Shown here one piece after another: positions 16,784 to 24,680 of a DNA stretch of 29,436 bases (position 1 is its first letter; the number at the start of each line of letters is the position of its first letter). The position numbers and the translations under genes were made by a program. Source of the DNA: a virus. Its lineage: Duplodnaviria; Caudoviricetes. The notes beneath the pieces were generated by a model. It was not told the DNA's origin and did no database searches. It saw only the letters and a program-made list of their open reading frames with translations. The stretch is taken from positions 1-29,436 of the IMG/VR virus record IMGVR_UViG_3300037308_000272; one strand, given 5' to 3'.

Positions 16784-18185
16784 GCTCACTCAAAAGATTA
16801 TTGAATTTCACGTTGTCGAAGAATAATTCTCCAAAATCCCCGCTTTCCATCACCCTGGGCTTCTTCGCTTTGATCGCTTTCCACATCTCAGCCGAGTAAT
16901 CCGAAGGGTTCTCGACCAGGTTGAGCCTGTCCAAAAGAGCCTTCTGCTCGATTTCATCGATGCCGGCTGCCCTGAATATCGACTGGGATCTTTCCACCCA
17001 GGGCTGGTAGCCCGTCGGGTGATAGCCGACCACGTTCCGCACCTTGGAGAGGTCGTACTTGATGCCGCTTGAGCGGAGGAACTCCGGCAGCCTGTGCCTT
17101 GCCCAGAGATCGTTTATCGTTTCCGCGAGCGATCTGAACGCAAGGTCATTCTGGTAACGGTAGTTATCGAGGTCACGGCCCAGGTGGTGGCCGAACTCAT
17201 GGACCAGGGTCTTCGATGCGTTGGCCTGGGCCTGGGTAGAAACCTTTCCCGCCCGAAGCGCGCCCGCCACTTCGTCAGCCAAATCCGTGCGGAGTGCGAT
17301 CTTGCCCGTCGCATAATCGGCATAGCCGTTCCAGGCCATAGCCTCGCTCCTGATCTGTATGGCCTGTAGAGAGGTCTTGACGCCGGCTTCTGCAAATCCA
17401 TCGCGCATCAGGGTGACATTCGAGGCGAGATCCTGGAGCCCCTCTGGCGGGAGTCCCGGCAGGCCCGCTAGATGACGCCTGCCCTCCGGGCTGTATTTCG
17501 TGAAATCCGGTTGCCACTTCACCTTGCCCACGTTGTAGTCGAACCCTTCATCCGGATGGATGAAGGGCGGGGGGCTCTTTTCTTCCTCGATGCCGCGCTC
17601 GATCCTCTGTTTTTCGGATAGAGTTCTCACCGTGCAACGGCAGTTGTATCCGAGCGGAGGGTAGAACTTGTCCCAAAAGGGATGGTCGAAACGGTAAACT
17701 TTTCCGTCCAGGGCCGCATGAGACGGCCTGGTCCTGCTGTCCATGACCGCATCATAAACCCAGTAGGGCCGCGCCTCGGCAGCCTCAAGCATGCCCCGGT
17801 AGCGCCCGGCCTGGTAAGCGGATTGAAGGTTTGTCCGGTAGATCGTGTCCATTCTCCAGGGAGTGATACGCTTTCTCACCTTGCCGTCAGGCATGACGAT
17901 CTCGGCCTTTTCACCGCTCGGCGCAAACCAGCCCTTCTTTTCGAGCCTCGCCCTCAGTTCGCCCTTGAACTGGTTGAGGGGGATCCCCTCTGCCACTGCC
18001 TTTGAAACCTCCTTCCGGATGTCCTCAAGAACGTCCATCGCCGTCACGCGGGCGACCGTAAAGGCCTGGATGTGCTCCCTGGCCCAAACGTCCCGGAAAG
18101 AATTCGGGGAGAGCCGGTAGCCCTTCTCGTTGAAGAACTCGATGGCCTCCTCGAAAGGCAATGGTTTCAGTTTAATGTCAGGCAT
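16773..18185 (-). CDS. MuF (gp30-like) head protein with a C-terminal HExxH extension
   Basis: TIYRTNLQSAYQAGR...YDAVMDSRTRPSH...HPFW...PPLGYNCRC (MuF core), plus ~240 extra aa containing LVHEFGHHL. Confidence 0.92.
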   Translation of the reverse strand: MPDIKLKPLPFEEAIEFFNEKGYRLSPNSFRDVWAREHIQAFTVARVTAMDVLEDIRKEVSKAVAEGIPLNQFKGELRARLEKKGWFAPSGEKAEIVMPDGKVRKRITPWRMDTIYRTNLQSAYQAGRYRGMLEAAEARPYWVYDAVMDSRTRPSHAALDGKVYRFDHPFWDKFYPPLGYNCRCTVRTLSEKQRIERGIEEEKSPPPFIHPDEGFDYNVGKVKWQPDFTKYSPEGRRHLAGLPGLPPEGLQDLASNVTLMRDGFAEAGVKTSLQAIQIRSEAMAWNGYADYATGKIALRTDLADEVAGALRAGKVSTQAQANASKTLVHEFGHHLGRDLDNYRYQNDLAFRSLAETINDLWARHRLPEFLRSSGIKYDLSKVRNVVGYHPTGYQPWVERSQSIFRAAGIDEIEQKALLDRLNLVENPSDYSAEMWKAIKAKKPRVMESGDFGELFFDNVKFNNLLSELRA

Positions 18186-19752
18186 TTTTCTTGGCCCTCA
18201 CATATCCCCACAGATCTGCCACAAAAAGCGCCCTGGTCATCAGTCTCTCGAAAGCCGTGGTATCTAGGTCAGGGTAAGCCTCGTAAATCCGCTCCGCGAT
18301 CTCGCTGTAGTCATTCGCCCCCTGAATCTTGTCCAGAATCGGCGCCAGAAGCGTGGAAATAGCATCCCCCTGCGACTCGGCCACGTCTTTCGATAATTGG
18401 TCTATGGCTCCCTGAGAAAGTCGATCCTGGGCTTGATTTTCCGCGAACTGCCCCTGTTCTATGGGTCCTATTTGACCTATTCGACCTATATTTGTCGGTT
18501 CCCCCACCACGAAATCGTTTTCCTCCAGGTTATAGGCCCGCTGATAGTACTCCGCCATAAACCGCACCCCCTGTCGTGTGAGCACCTCGTCCCGGTCTGC
18601 CAACTCCTTTTGGACATCCTCCTCCTCGAAAAAGGCAAACTGCGGCGCCGCGCTTCCTGCGAAATTCAGGGCCGTGAACCAGCGGAAAAGCTCGTTGAAA
18701 GTAGCCGTCATCATACGCTTGTCCTGCTCGATCAGGTCCTGCCGGACTTCCATGTGAGTTTGGGATGCTGAGTAGGACCCGGTCTCCCCCATTTCCGTGG
18801 TGAGGGTCTGTCCGAGGATCGCCTTGGAGATCTCCGCGTTCGCGGCCTCGATCAGGCCCGAATAGACCTGGGCGCTGGCGGTCTTGCCCTGGGATTCGTG
18901 GATGTCGATGCTTTCGTCGTCATTGATCACGGCCACAGCGTCCTGCACCATGCCCCCGAGCTTGGTGAGCAGGAGACTCCGCTCTGTCTCGTTCGTCGTC
19001 CTCGGCACTTTCCCGATCACCCAGGGCATGCCGTACTTTTCCGTGAAAATGGCCCAGAACTTGAACCCGCCCTTCTTGAAGGCCACGGGCCAGAAGCACC
19101 TGGCCAGGAGCCGTTCCCCGTAAGGGTTCTGGTAGCTCGCGTGGTGTCGAGCCAGCAGAAACTTCATCGGGGGCAGGTCTTCGCCTTCGATCATGTTCTT
19201 GCGGGAGAGAAACCTGAGCTTGTTTTCGATGGAAAACACGAACCACTCCGGCGGCTTGCCCTCGACCTTTTCAGGCCACCACTGGGCGCCAATAATCTTC
19301 CCATCCCCCTCGACGGGGGAGGGCAGGGTGGGGGTGAATGTTCTCCACCCGACCTCAAGGGGTGACATCCCGAAAAAGGGCGCCTCCAGCATGTCGGTAA
19401 TCACCTGGTAGACGTTGATCTGCGTCATGAACTCCTTGACCGCGTCTAGCACTCTGCGATTCGCCCTGACGGACCCTTCGGTCCCTTCGCGGATCTCCCA
19501 CTCGCACGAGAGAGTCCCGCTCTTTCTGGACTGGTAACAGCTCCACACATGGGCATCGGTGAGAAGGTTCCGGTATACAGGCAGGGTCTGCCCGAGCTTT
19601 TCGAGCACCAGGTCCGGGTCCGGAAGGTAGGCCCAAAAGCCCATCCAATCGATGGTCCTGCTCCTTACCGCGATGTCGGATAAAAGCCTTTCGGTCTCTC
19701 CTTTGGGGCTGTCCATCTCCACAAACCGGCTCTCGTTCACCCAGAGTTTCAT
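18178..19752 (-). CDS. Portal protein (Mu gp29/DUF935)
   Basis: DAHVWSCYQSRK...NPYGE...FTEKYGMP...EISKAILGQTLTT...H.EVR. Confidence 0.95.
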   Translation of the reverse strand: MKLWVNESRFVEMDSPKGETERLLSDIAVRSRTIDWMGFWAYLPDPDLVLEKLGQTLPVYRNLLTDAHVWSCYQSRKSGTLSCEWEIREGTEGSVRANRRVLDAVKEFMTQINVYQVITDMLEAPFFGMSPLEVGWRTFTPTLPSPVEGDGKIIGAQWWPEKVEGKPPEWFVFSIENKLRFLSRKNMIEGEDLPPMKFLLARHHASYQNPYGERLLARCFWPVAFKKGGFKFWAIFTEKYGMPWVIGKVPRTTNETERSLLLTKLGGMVQDAVAVINDDESIDIHESQGKTASAQVYSGLIEAANAEISKAILGQTLTTEMGETGSYSASQTHMEVRQDLIEQDKRMMTATFNELFRWFTALNFAGSAAPQFAFFEEEDVQKELADRDEVLTRQGVRFMAEYYQRAYNLEENDFVVGEPTNIGRIGQIGPIEQGQFAENQAQDRLSQGAIDQLSKDVAESQGDAISTLLAPILDKIQGANDYSEIAERIYEAYPDLDTTAFERLMTRALFVADLWGYVRAKKNA

Positions 19753-19889
19753 ATTCCTCCATCTGAAGCTTTTTGCTTTGAGCTTTGAGCTTCTTTCACT
19801 TCCCGTTCCATGCCTCTCCGTAACAGCAAGTTGCAGATTGCCTTAGTAAGCTCCCATATCGCCTCTTCTTCTTTGTAATCGTCAATCAA
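19749..19889 (-). CDS. Small hypothetical ORF (46 aa)
   Basis: TTG start, MIDDYKEEEAIWELTKAICNLLLRRGM...; stop overlaps the portal ATG (ATGA). Confidence 0.35.
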   Translation of the reverse strand: MIDDYKEEEAIWELTKAICNLLLRRGMEREVKEAQSSKQKASDGGI

Positions 19890-19898
19890 CGATGAGCC

Positions 19899-20252
19899 TC
19901 AGCGCCGGATTCGGATTTCCGATGGCCTTATAATCATAAAGACGGCAGGCCTTTCGAAATCTAAAAAACTGCTGGTCGATTCCAACCTCCCGCCCCACGT
20001 ATCATTCCGAAACGCTTTCACCTGGAGATTGTGTTGTCCTACCGATACGCTCTCCAAGTCCACGATCACCGCCACGAGTGTCCCGGCGATGGTCTGCTCC
20101 GTATACGGCACGTCCAGCCATGCCCCTCCGTCCAAAGAGTAGGCGTAACCGTCCGCGTCTGCCTGAGGATCGCACACGGCCCACGGGGCCGCCTGGGCCA
20201 GACCTGCTATGGCCAAAAGCATCATCAATGTCATCAAAATCGCTTTTTTCAT
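19899..20252 (-). CDS. Secreted small beta-sandwich (FN3/Ig-like) protein; moron
   Basis: Sec signal peptide MKKAILMTLMMLLAIAGLAQA, then YAYSLDGGAW...GQHNLQVKAF; AAAGGAG RBS. Confidence 0.75.
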   Translation of the reverse strand: MKKAILMTLMMLLAIAGLAQAAPWAVCDPQADADGYAYSLDGGAWLDVPYTEQTIAGTLVAVIVDLESVSVGQHNLQVKAFRNDTWGGRLESTSSFLDFERPAVFMIIRPSEIRIRR

Positions 20253-20274
20253 TTTCTACTCCTTTGAGCTTTCA

Positions 20275-20336
20275 GTAGGGAACGGGTTCCATCCCGTTCC
20301 TGGTTTAGTGTAGGGAACGGCTTCCACGCCATTCCG
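20275..20336 (+). repeat. Two tandem GTAG-type REP-like palindromes
   Basis: GTAGGGAACGGGTTCCATCCCGTTCC and GTAGGGAACGGCTTCCACGCCATTCCG. Confidence 0.8.
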
Positions 20337-20340
20337 CTTT

Positions 20341-21783
20341 TTAATACGCCGCATAATTAGGCCGACCGTAAAACTCCATAGCCTTCGCTCCCCTTGCCCC
20401 AGAGCTAATCACCACGGGCATGGCCGCCGGAGATGACGCCGCGTGAAGTGCCAGCGCCAGGGCCCAGAACCTGTCCGCATGCCCGCCCGGCCCCCGATCC
20501 GAATCGAACCGGATGTTCCCTGCCGCTGTCGTGGTTTTCCGAATCGAGCGGAGGTCCGCCCTGATCTTGTCGTCTCGCGGGATCCGGATGGACTGGTCCT
20601 CGAACCCAGATCTCACCGGGTAGGCCAGCTCCTCTTTCACCGCGCCCGAGAACCGGACCGCCTCGACCCTGTAGCCCCCGAACTTCTGCTGTGCCCTTTC
20701 GGCGAACTGCATGCCCAGCCCGGTCGAGTCGATGCAGCACCGCTTCATGCCGGGCAGGGAGAGCAGGTCGTAAAGGACCCTCTCCTGCTCGGAAAAGGCA
20801 ATGCCCTGGAGCGTCACGATCTTCCGCGTGAAAAGCGTGCCCGTGATCCGCTCGATGGCCCAGATTACGGTGAGATCATGGGCACGGCCAACGTCCACTC
20901 CCAGGTAAAGTTCCGTCGGCTTTCGATCTCCAATGAACCCGGCCTCGCTCATCTCCCAGTCCTGGGCCGCCCGGTATTCGCAGGAAGCGATCAGGTCATA
21001 AGAGAGGAACGCGCCCTCGTCGTCGGCAGGCACGCACATATACTCCTGGAGGAACTGCTCCTCCGAGGCGCACTCCTGCTTCACCATGTCGAAATACTGC
21101 TGCTCGTCCATCGCAAGGACCGGGTCGTCGGCAGGCAGCACCTGCTGCACCTTGTAGAGCAGGCCCTGGTCCAGGGCGTTCTGGAGCGTGACCGTGTGGA
21201 GGGAGAAGTTTTTCGGGTTGCCCTTGTGCTTGATGTCTTCCACTAGCTCGTTGAAATAATTGGCCGAGCCCCGGTGGGTCGAGATAATCTCGATGCTTCC
21301 GCCCCAGGTTTTGCCCGGCTGGGCAATGGTGTAGAGCTTGCGCGGGTCCGGGTGAAGAGCGAACTCGTCCAGGACCCTGCCGCCCCGCTTTCCGGCTTGG
21401 GCATCCGGGTTGCTGCTCATCGAGTGGATTCGTTTACCGTTGGCGAAGTGGAGCACGTAGGCGCTGATCTTCTTTTCCGGCTCGATCACGACCATGCCCA
21501 GGTCCTGGGCCGCGGCGTTCAGAATTCCGGCGAAGCGCTTGCAGTCCTCCAGGAAGAGCCTGGCCTGGATCTCGTCACGCGAGGAGACCCACTGGTCGTG
21601 CTTGGCCTCACTGGGGGCTGTCCGCTCCACGCAGGCATAGGCCGTGGACCAGGAGACGCCGATCTGCCGGGATTTCTCCATGAGCTTTAGCCTGGAGGCA
21701 TCGTCGATCCAGCGCTGCTGGAAGGGCAGGAACAGCCGCTTCGGCTGGGGAGGAATGACTTTAGCGTTCCCTTTTTTCTTCAC
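20341..21783 (-). CDS. terL: Terminase large subunit (Mu gp28-like)
   Basis: EKSRQIGVSW Walker A, VLDEFA Walker B, YLGVDVGR and HADRFWALALA nuclease motifs. Confidence 0.96.
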   Translation of the reverse strand: MKKKGNAKVIPPQPKRLFLPFQQRWIDDASRLKLMEKSRQIGVSWSTAYACVERTAPSEAKHDQWVSSRDEIQARLFLEDCKRFAGILNAAAQDLGMVVIEPEKKISAYVLHFANGKRIHSMSSNPDAQAGKRGGRVLDEFALHPDPRKLYTIAQPGKTWGGSIEIISTHRGSANYFNELVEDIKHKGNPKNFSLHTVTLQNALDQGLLYKVQQVLPADDPVLAMDEQQYFDMVKQECASEEQFLQEYMCVPADDEGAFLSYDLIASCEYRAAQDWEMSEAGFIGDRKPTELYLGVDVGRAHDLTVIWAIERITGTLFTRKIVTLQGIAFSEQERVLYDLLSLPGMKRCCIDSTGLGMQFAERAQQKFGGYRVEAVRFSGAVKEELAYPVRSGFEDQSIRIPRDDKIRADLRSIRKTTTAAGNIRFDSDRGPGGHADRFWALALALHAASSPAAMPVVISSGARGAKAMEFYGRPNYAAY

Positions 21784-21790
21784 TCTTCAC

Positions 21791-21870
21791 CCTTCCTTGA
21801 GATCTCAAATTTCAAATTTGAAATTTCAAATTCCCTCTCGCCTCTCGCCTATTGCCTTCTTCAGCCTTCA
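21791..21870. repeat. Composite ~80-bp intergenic repeat, copy A
   Basis: CCTTCCTTGAGATCTCAAATTTCAAATTTGAAATTTCAAATT...CGCCTATTGCCTTCTTCA, near-identical to 28931..29018. Confidence 0.92.
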
Positions 21871-21891
21871 CCCTTCACCCTTCTTCCTTCA

Positions 21892-22329
21892 TCACAGTCC
21901 TATCTGCTCCCTCAATTGGCGGATCGTTTCCGTGGTCAACACCCTGTCGCCGCCCTTTTCCGCTGTTTTTTCCAGCTCGTCCAGTTTTCTGACCACCTGC
22001 TCGGCCTTATCCCATCGTTCGATCAGTGCCCCAAGCTTGCTCAACGTGTCCATCATGGCCGCGCTGACTTCCGGGGGCCTCAGCTCCTCGACATATTCGA
22101 GTTGCCGGTCGAAGAGATCCTTGAGCCTCTGGATGTTGCCTCGCTTCTGCTGCCTGGCCCGGTCCCACTCGTCGAATTCCTCGTCAGGGGCCTTGGTCAT
22201 CGCTTTCCACTTGGAGACGGTCTGGGTGGATACCCCGAGTGCCTCTCCGATGTAGGTAAGCGTTTTCCCCTCCACATACATGCGCTTTGCAATCGATTCG
22301 AGCTCGGCCCTGGCGCCCTTTTCAGCCAT
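21892..22329 (-). CDS. Putative terminase small subunit (DUF1804-like HTH)
   Basis: AKRMYVEGKTLTYIGEALGVSTQTVSKWK...W HTH; directly upstream of terL. Confidence 0.8.
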   Translation of the reverse strand: MAEKGARAELESIAKRMYVEGKTLTYIGEALGVSTQTVSKWKAMTKAPDEEFDEWDRARQQKRGNIQRLKDLFDRQLEYVEELRPPEVSAAMMDTLSKLGALIERWDKAEQVVRKLDELEKTAEKGGDRVLTTETIRQLREQIGL

Positions 22330-22570
22330 CGAGTTCCCTTTCCAGTTTGCTGATCTCGGAAAGCACCCCCTGGAGCTCGGCATAGGCCATGACGAGATCG
22401 TCCATCTGCCCGGCCGCCTCCGGCACGTTCATCTCCGGCACCTTGTGGATCAGCGGGTTCAGGTTATGCCTGATGACGCTGCAGAGCTCCGTGATCTGAT
22501 CGTCCAGCTCCTTCTCCTTGTAGCGGAGGTTTGTGAGCTTGACCCTCATTTGTTCCCGTTCGAGACTCAT
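22322..22570 (-). CDS. Hypothetical coiled-coil protein
   Basis: 82 aa, overlaps both neighbours. Confidence 0.75.
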   Translation of the reverse strand: MSLEREQMRVKLTNLRYKEKELDDQITELCSVIRHNLNPLIHKVPEMNVPEAAGQMDDLVMAYAELQGVLSEISKLERELDG

Positions 22571-22926
22571 TCGGCCTCCCTAATCCGTTGATAGCAAGGG
22601 ATTCGGTTCTCAAGAAAATCCGTCAGCTTCTGATAGGCCTGCGTGTTCAGGCGGATGGTATCGATATGCTCCACGTCACGCTTATCCAGACGCTTGCAGA
22701 CGTTTTCATAATCTTCGACCAATCTCACGTTGTTCCGGTACATCTCCCGCTGCTCGATCATGTCCTGCTTGTAGCGATCCAGGACCGTGTTCAGGTCGCG
22801 CTTGTGGATCTCGGCCTGTTCTCGGATCTGCCTCCGGTCAGTCCACCAGACCAGGATGAGCACCCCGAGAGTTCCGAATTTGGAGGCGAGTTCCAAGGCA
22901 AAGGCCAAGTTGATCCCGTCTACCAC
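22567..22926 (-). CDS. Membrane-anchored coiled-coil protein of the lysis region
   Basis: GTG start; N-terminal TM segment (FGTLGVLILVWW) followed by a coiled coil. Confidence 0.65.
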   Translation of the reverse strand: MVDGINLAFALELASKFGTLGVLILVWWTDRRQIREQAEIHKRDLNTVLDRYKQDMIEQREMYRNNVRLVEDYENVCKRLDKRDVEHIDTIRLNTQAYQKLTDFLENRIPCYQRIREAE

Positions 22927-22933
22927 TGAGCTT

Positions 22934-23200
22934 TCACCTTTGAGCTTCTTCTGGAAACACGATGGCAGCCGCGTTGTCGATGATATTGGACACAGGCTTC
23001 TCGATTTTGGCCCAGGTGTCAGCCTGGCCGCCCGTGCTCGCAGCAGTGATTCCACAGACGATCGCCTTGGTAGCCTCCATCACCATCGCCTTCTTATCGG
23101 CCCCTGACTTTGGTTTATTTCCGAACGCACGCTCCGCCACGCCCATGAGCGTGACAATGGCCGGAAATACCTGTACGAAAACTGCCAACCATTTGTTCAT
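22934..23200 (-). CDS. Putative holin-like/lysis accessory protein
   Basis: 88 aa, hydrophobic N-terminus, GGAGGGAG RBS, directly after the lysozyme. Confidence 0.55.
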   Translation of the reverse strand: MNKWLAVFVQVFPAIVTLMGVAERAFGNKPKSGADKKAMVMEATKAIVCGITAASTGGQADTWAKIEKPVSNIIDNAAAIVFPEEAQR

Positions 23201-23215
23201 TTTTCTCCCTCCGTC

Positions 23216-23620
23216 CTATGTGCTCTCCGAGATAAGGTTGCAAATTTCCTCTGCTCTACTCGGCACCTGCTTCGCGTATAGGCTTCTTCGGATCTGCTCC
23301 ACCATCCGGCCCCAGTCGCCGGCACGGCCGGCCAAGATCATTTTCTTGAACTTCAGAAACCGCGTTTTCCCAAGGTTGAACATCATGCTCGTCATGGCCG
23401 ACTGCACGTCCTTGTGCCACTCCCAGAAATGATCGAATATCCCGGCCAAATCTCTCTGGGCGTCGTGAAAATCGTTGTTGAACAGGAATTCCGCCTCCAG
23501 CTCGCTGATCCCCTTGTCGTCCAGGTTGCGGCCATAGCCGATGGTCGTTTTCCCTGCTGTGCACTTGTAGGGCTTCAGCCTCAGCCCCTCGTGTTTCTTG
23601 ACCAGCTCCTTCGCATCCAT
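23216..23620 (-). CDS. Endolysin, GH24 (T4-type) lysozyme
   Basis: HEGLRLKPYKCTAGKTTIGYGRNL...MMFNLG...S.YAKQVPSRA. Confidence 0.93.
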   Translation of the reverse strand: MDAKELVKKHEGLRLKPYKCTAGKTTIGYGRNLDDKGISELEAEFLFNNDFHDAQRDLAGIFDHFWEWHKDVQSAMTSMMFNLGKTRFLKFKKMILAGRAGDWGRMVEQIRRSLYAKQVPSRAEEICNLISEST

Positions 23621-23796
23621 CTTCCAGCCTTCACCCCTCTTCGTTGCCCGCTTCAGCGGGATGCCGCTATTTCCGGGCGCGGATGGTTGCGGCACCCCGC
23701 CTCCGCGAACTGCCCTGTAACGGGCCACGCGTCATTGGACTTTGCCCTGCGTTTTATTTTGTCGAAGTCGGATACGTCCTATCCGACCGATCCGTC

Positions 23797-24159
23797 CTAT
23801 CCATCACCGGCCCAAAAAAAAGGCCCACTGCTCCGGATGTTCATCCAGAACAATGGGCCTCCAAGGGCCTCTGAGTTTTCACCCTGCCGGCATCCCGCCA
23901 GATTGGCCCTCCAAGGGGCTCTCAGGGTCAAATTGTTTCGTAGTGTACCAGTTTTCTCCATTGTTTCGTAGTGTACCAGTTTTCTCCGATGCTGCAAACT
24001 TTTTTTTATGTGTTCGCTAGTGATCCACACCAGCCCGCATTCAAAACATTTTTGCTGAATAGAAAAGTGACTCCTCGGGAGGTTCCCCTGCCAATCGAAT
24101 AAGCGTTTTTCGCAGATCGGGCATAGAATCTGTGTTTTTGGCAATTTTATTTGCGGCAT
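23797..24159 (-). CDS. Com-like zinc-ribbon protein (C-terminus extended by the 28-bp duplication)
   Basis: ILCPICEKRLFD...IQQKCFECG resembles the Mu Com CxxC...CxxC pattern; GAGG RBS before ATG 24159. Confidence 0.65.
   Translation of the reverse strand: MPQIKLPKTQILCPICEKRLFDWQGNLPRSHFSIQQKCFECGLVWITSEHIKKSLQHRRKLVHYETMEKTGTLRNNLTLRAPWRANLAGCRQGENSEALGGPLFWMNIRSSGPFFWAGDG
23814..23860 (-). terminator. Intrinsic terminator upstream of the lysis/late genes
   Basis: Minus strand AGGCCCATTGTTCTGGATG-AA-CATCCGGAGCAGTGGGCCT followed by a T run; long stem with G-U pairs. Confidence 0.8.
23932..23987. repeat. Perfect 28-bp tandem duplication
   Basis: ATTGTTTCGTAGTGTACCAGTTTTCTCC at 23932..23959 and 23960..23987. 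Confidence 0.97.
23970..23997 (-). promoter_or_regulatory. Candidate late promoter
   Basis: Minus strand TTGCAG-N16-TACACT with extended -10 TG, preceded by an A tract. Confidence 0.5.
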
Positions 24160-24257
24160 CCATCCTCGTCTCTCCATTTCACCCCTTTAACCCCTCATGC
24201 GGCCCCTTCGTGTCTTTATCGTGATTTCCTCTTATCCGTGTTTTGTCGCCGATTTCA

Positions 24258-24617
24258 TTAACGCAGCACCGATTCAATGGCCACCTTTGCCGCAAGCTTG
24301 ATCACGTCCAGTGTCAGGTCCAGTCCCTTTTCTCTAGCCAGTCCTTTAACCTTGTTCCATGCCGTGTGACTGCGGACCTTGTCCAGGAATTCATGGCCTT
24401 CCCATGTGAGGTTCTGGGCGATGCAGTGTACGGGCTTTGCCACGGCCTCTTTGCAGACTGCCGTGATCAGACCCCCGCCTTTAAGGAGCCACATATGATA
24501 CGATACGATCTCGGCGTCATACCCTTCGACGTCCGATGACCGGAGGACGCCTGCGGATGACTCGCACTCTTCCAGTTTCATCAGGATCAGCCTGATCAAT
24601 TCCCAGTCTCTTTTCAT
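24258..24617 (-). CDS. DUF2513 family protein
   Basis: MKRDWELIRLIL...YHMWLL...LTWEGHEFLDKVR...WNKVK signature. Confidence 0.92.
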   Translation of the reverse strand: MKRDWELIRLILMKLEECESSAGVLRSSDVEGYDAEIVSYHMWLLKGGGLITAVCKEAVAKPVHCIAQNLTWEGHEFLDKVRSHTAWNKVKGLAREKGLDLTLDVIKLAAKVAIESVLR

Positions 24618-24680
24618 CTTTCGATCTTCCTCCTTTCGTGCTTTCGTGATTGCCCTTGACCTTATTCTGGCTCCTGGCTT

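Noticed and set aside
23621-23728. N-terminal extension of the lysozyme
   Set aside because: Low-complexity translation; the GH24 motif and a GAGGGG RBS support ATG 23620.
23932-23987. 28-bp repeats as a CRISPR array
   Set aside because: Only two directly adjacent copies, no spacer and no cas genes.
23216-24159. com-mom DNA modification operon
   Set aside because: No Mom acetyltransferase-like or methyltransferase ORF follows the Com-like gene.
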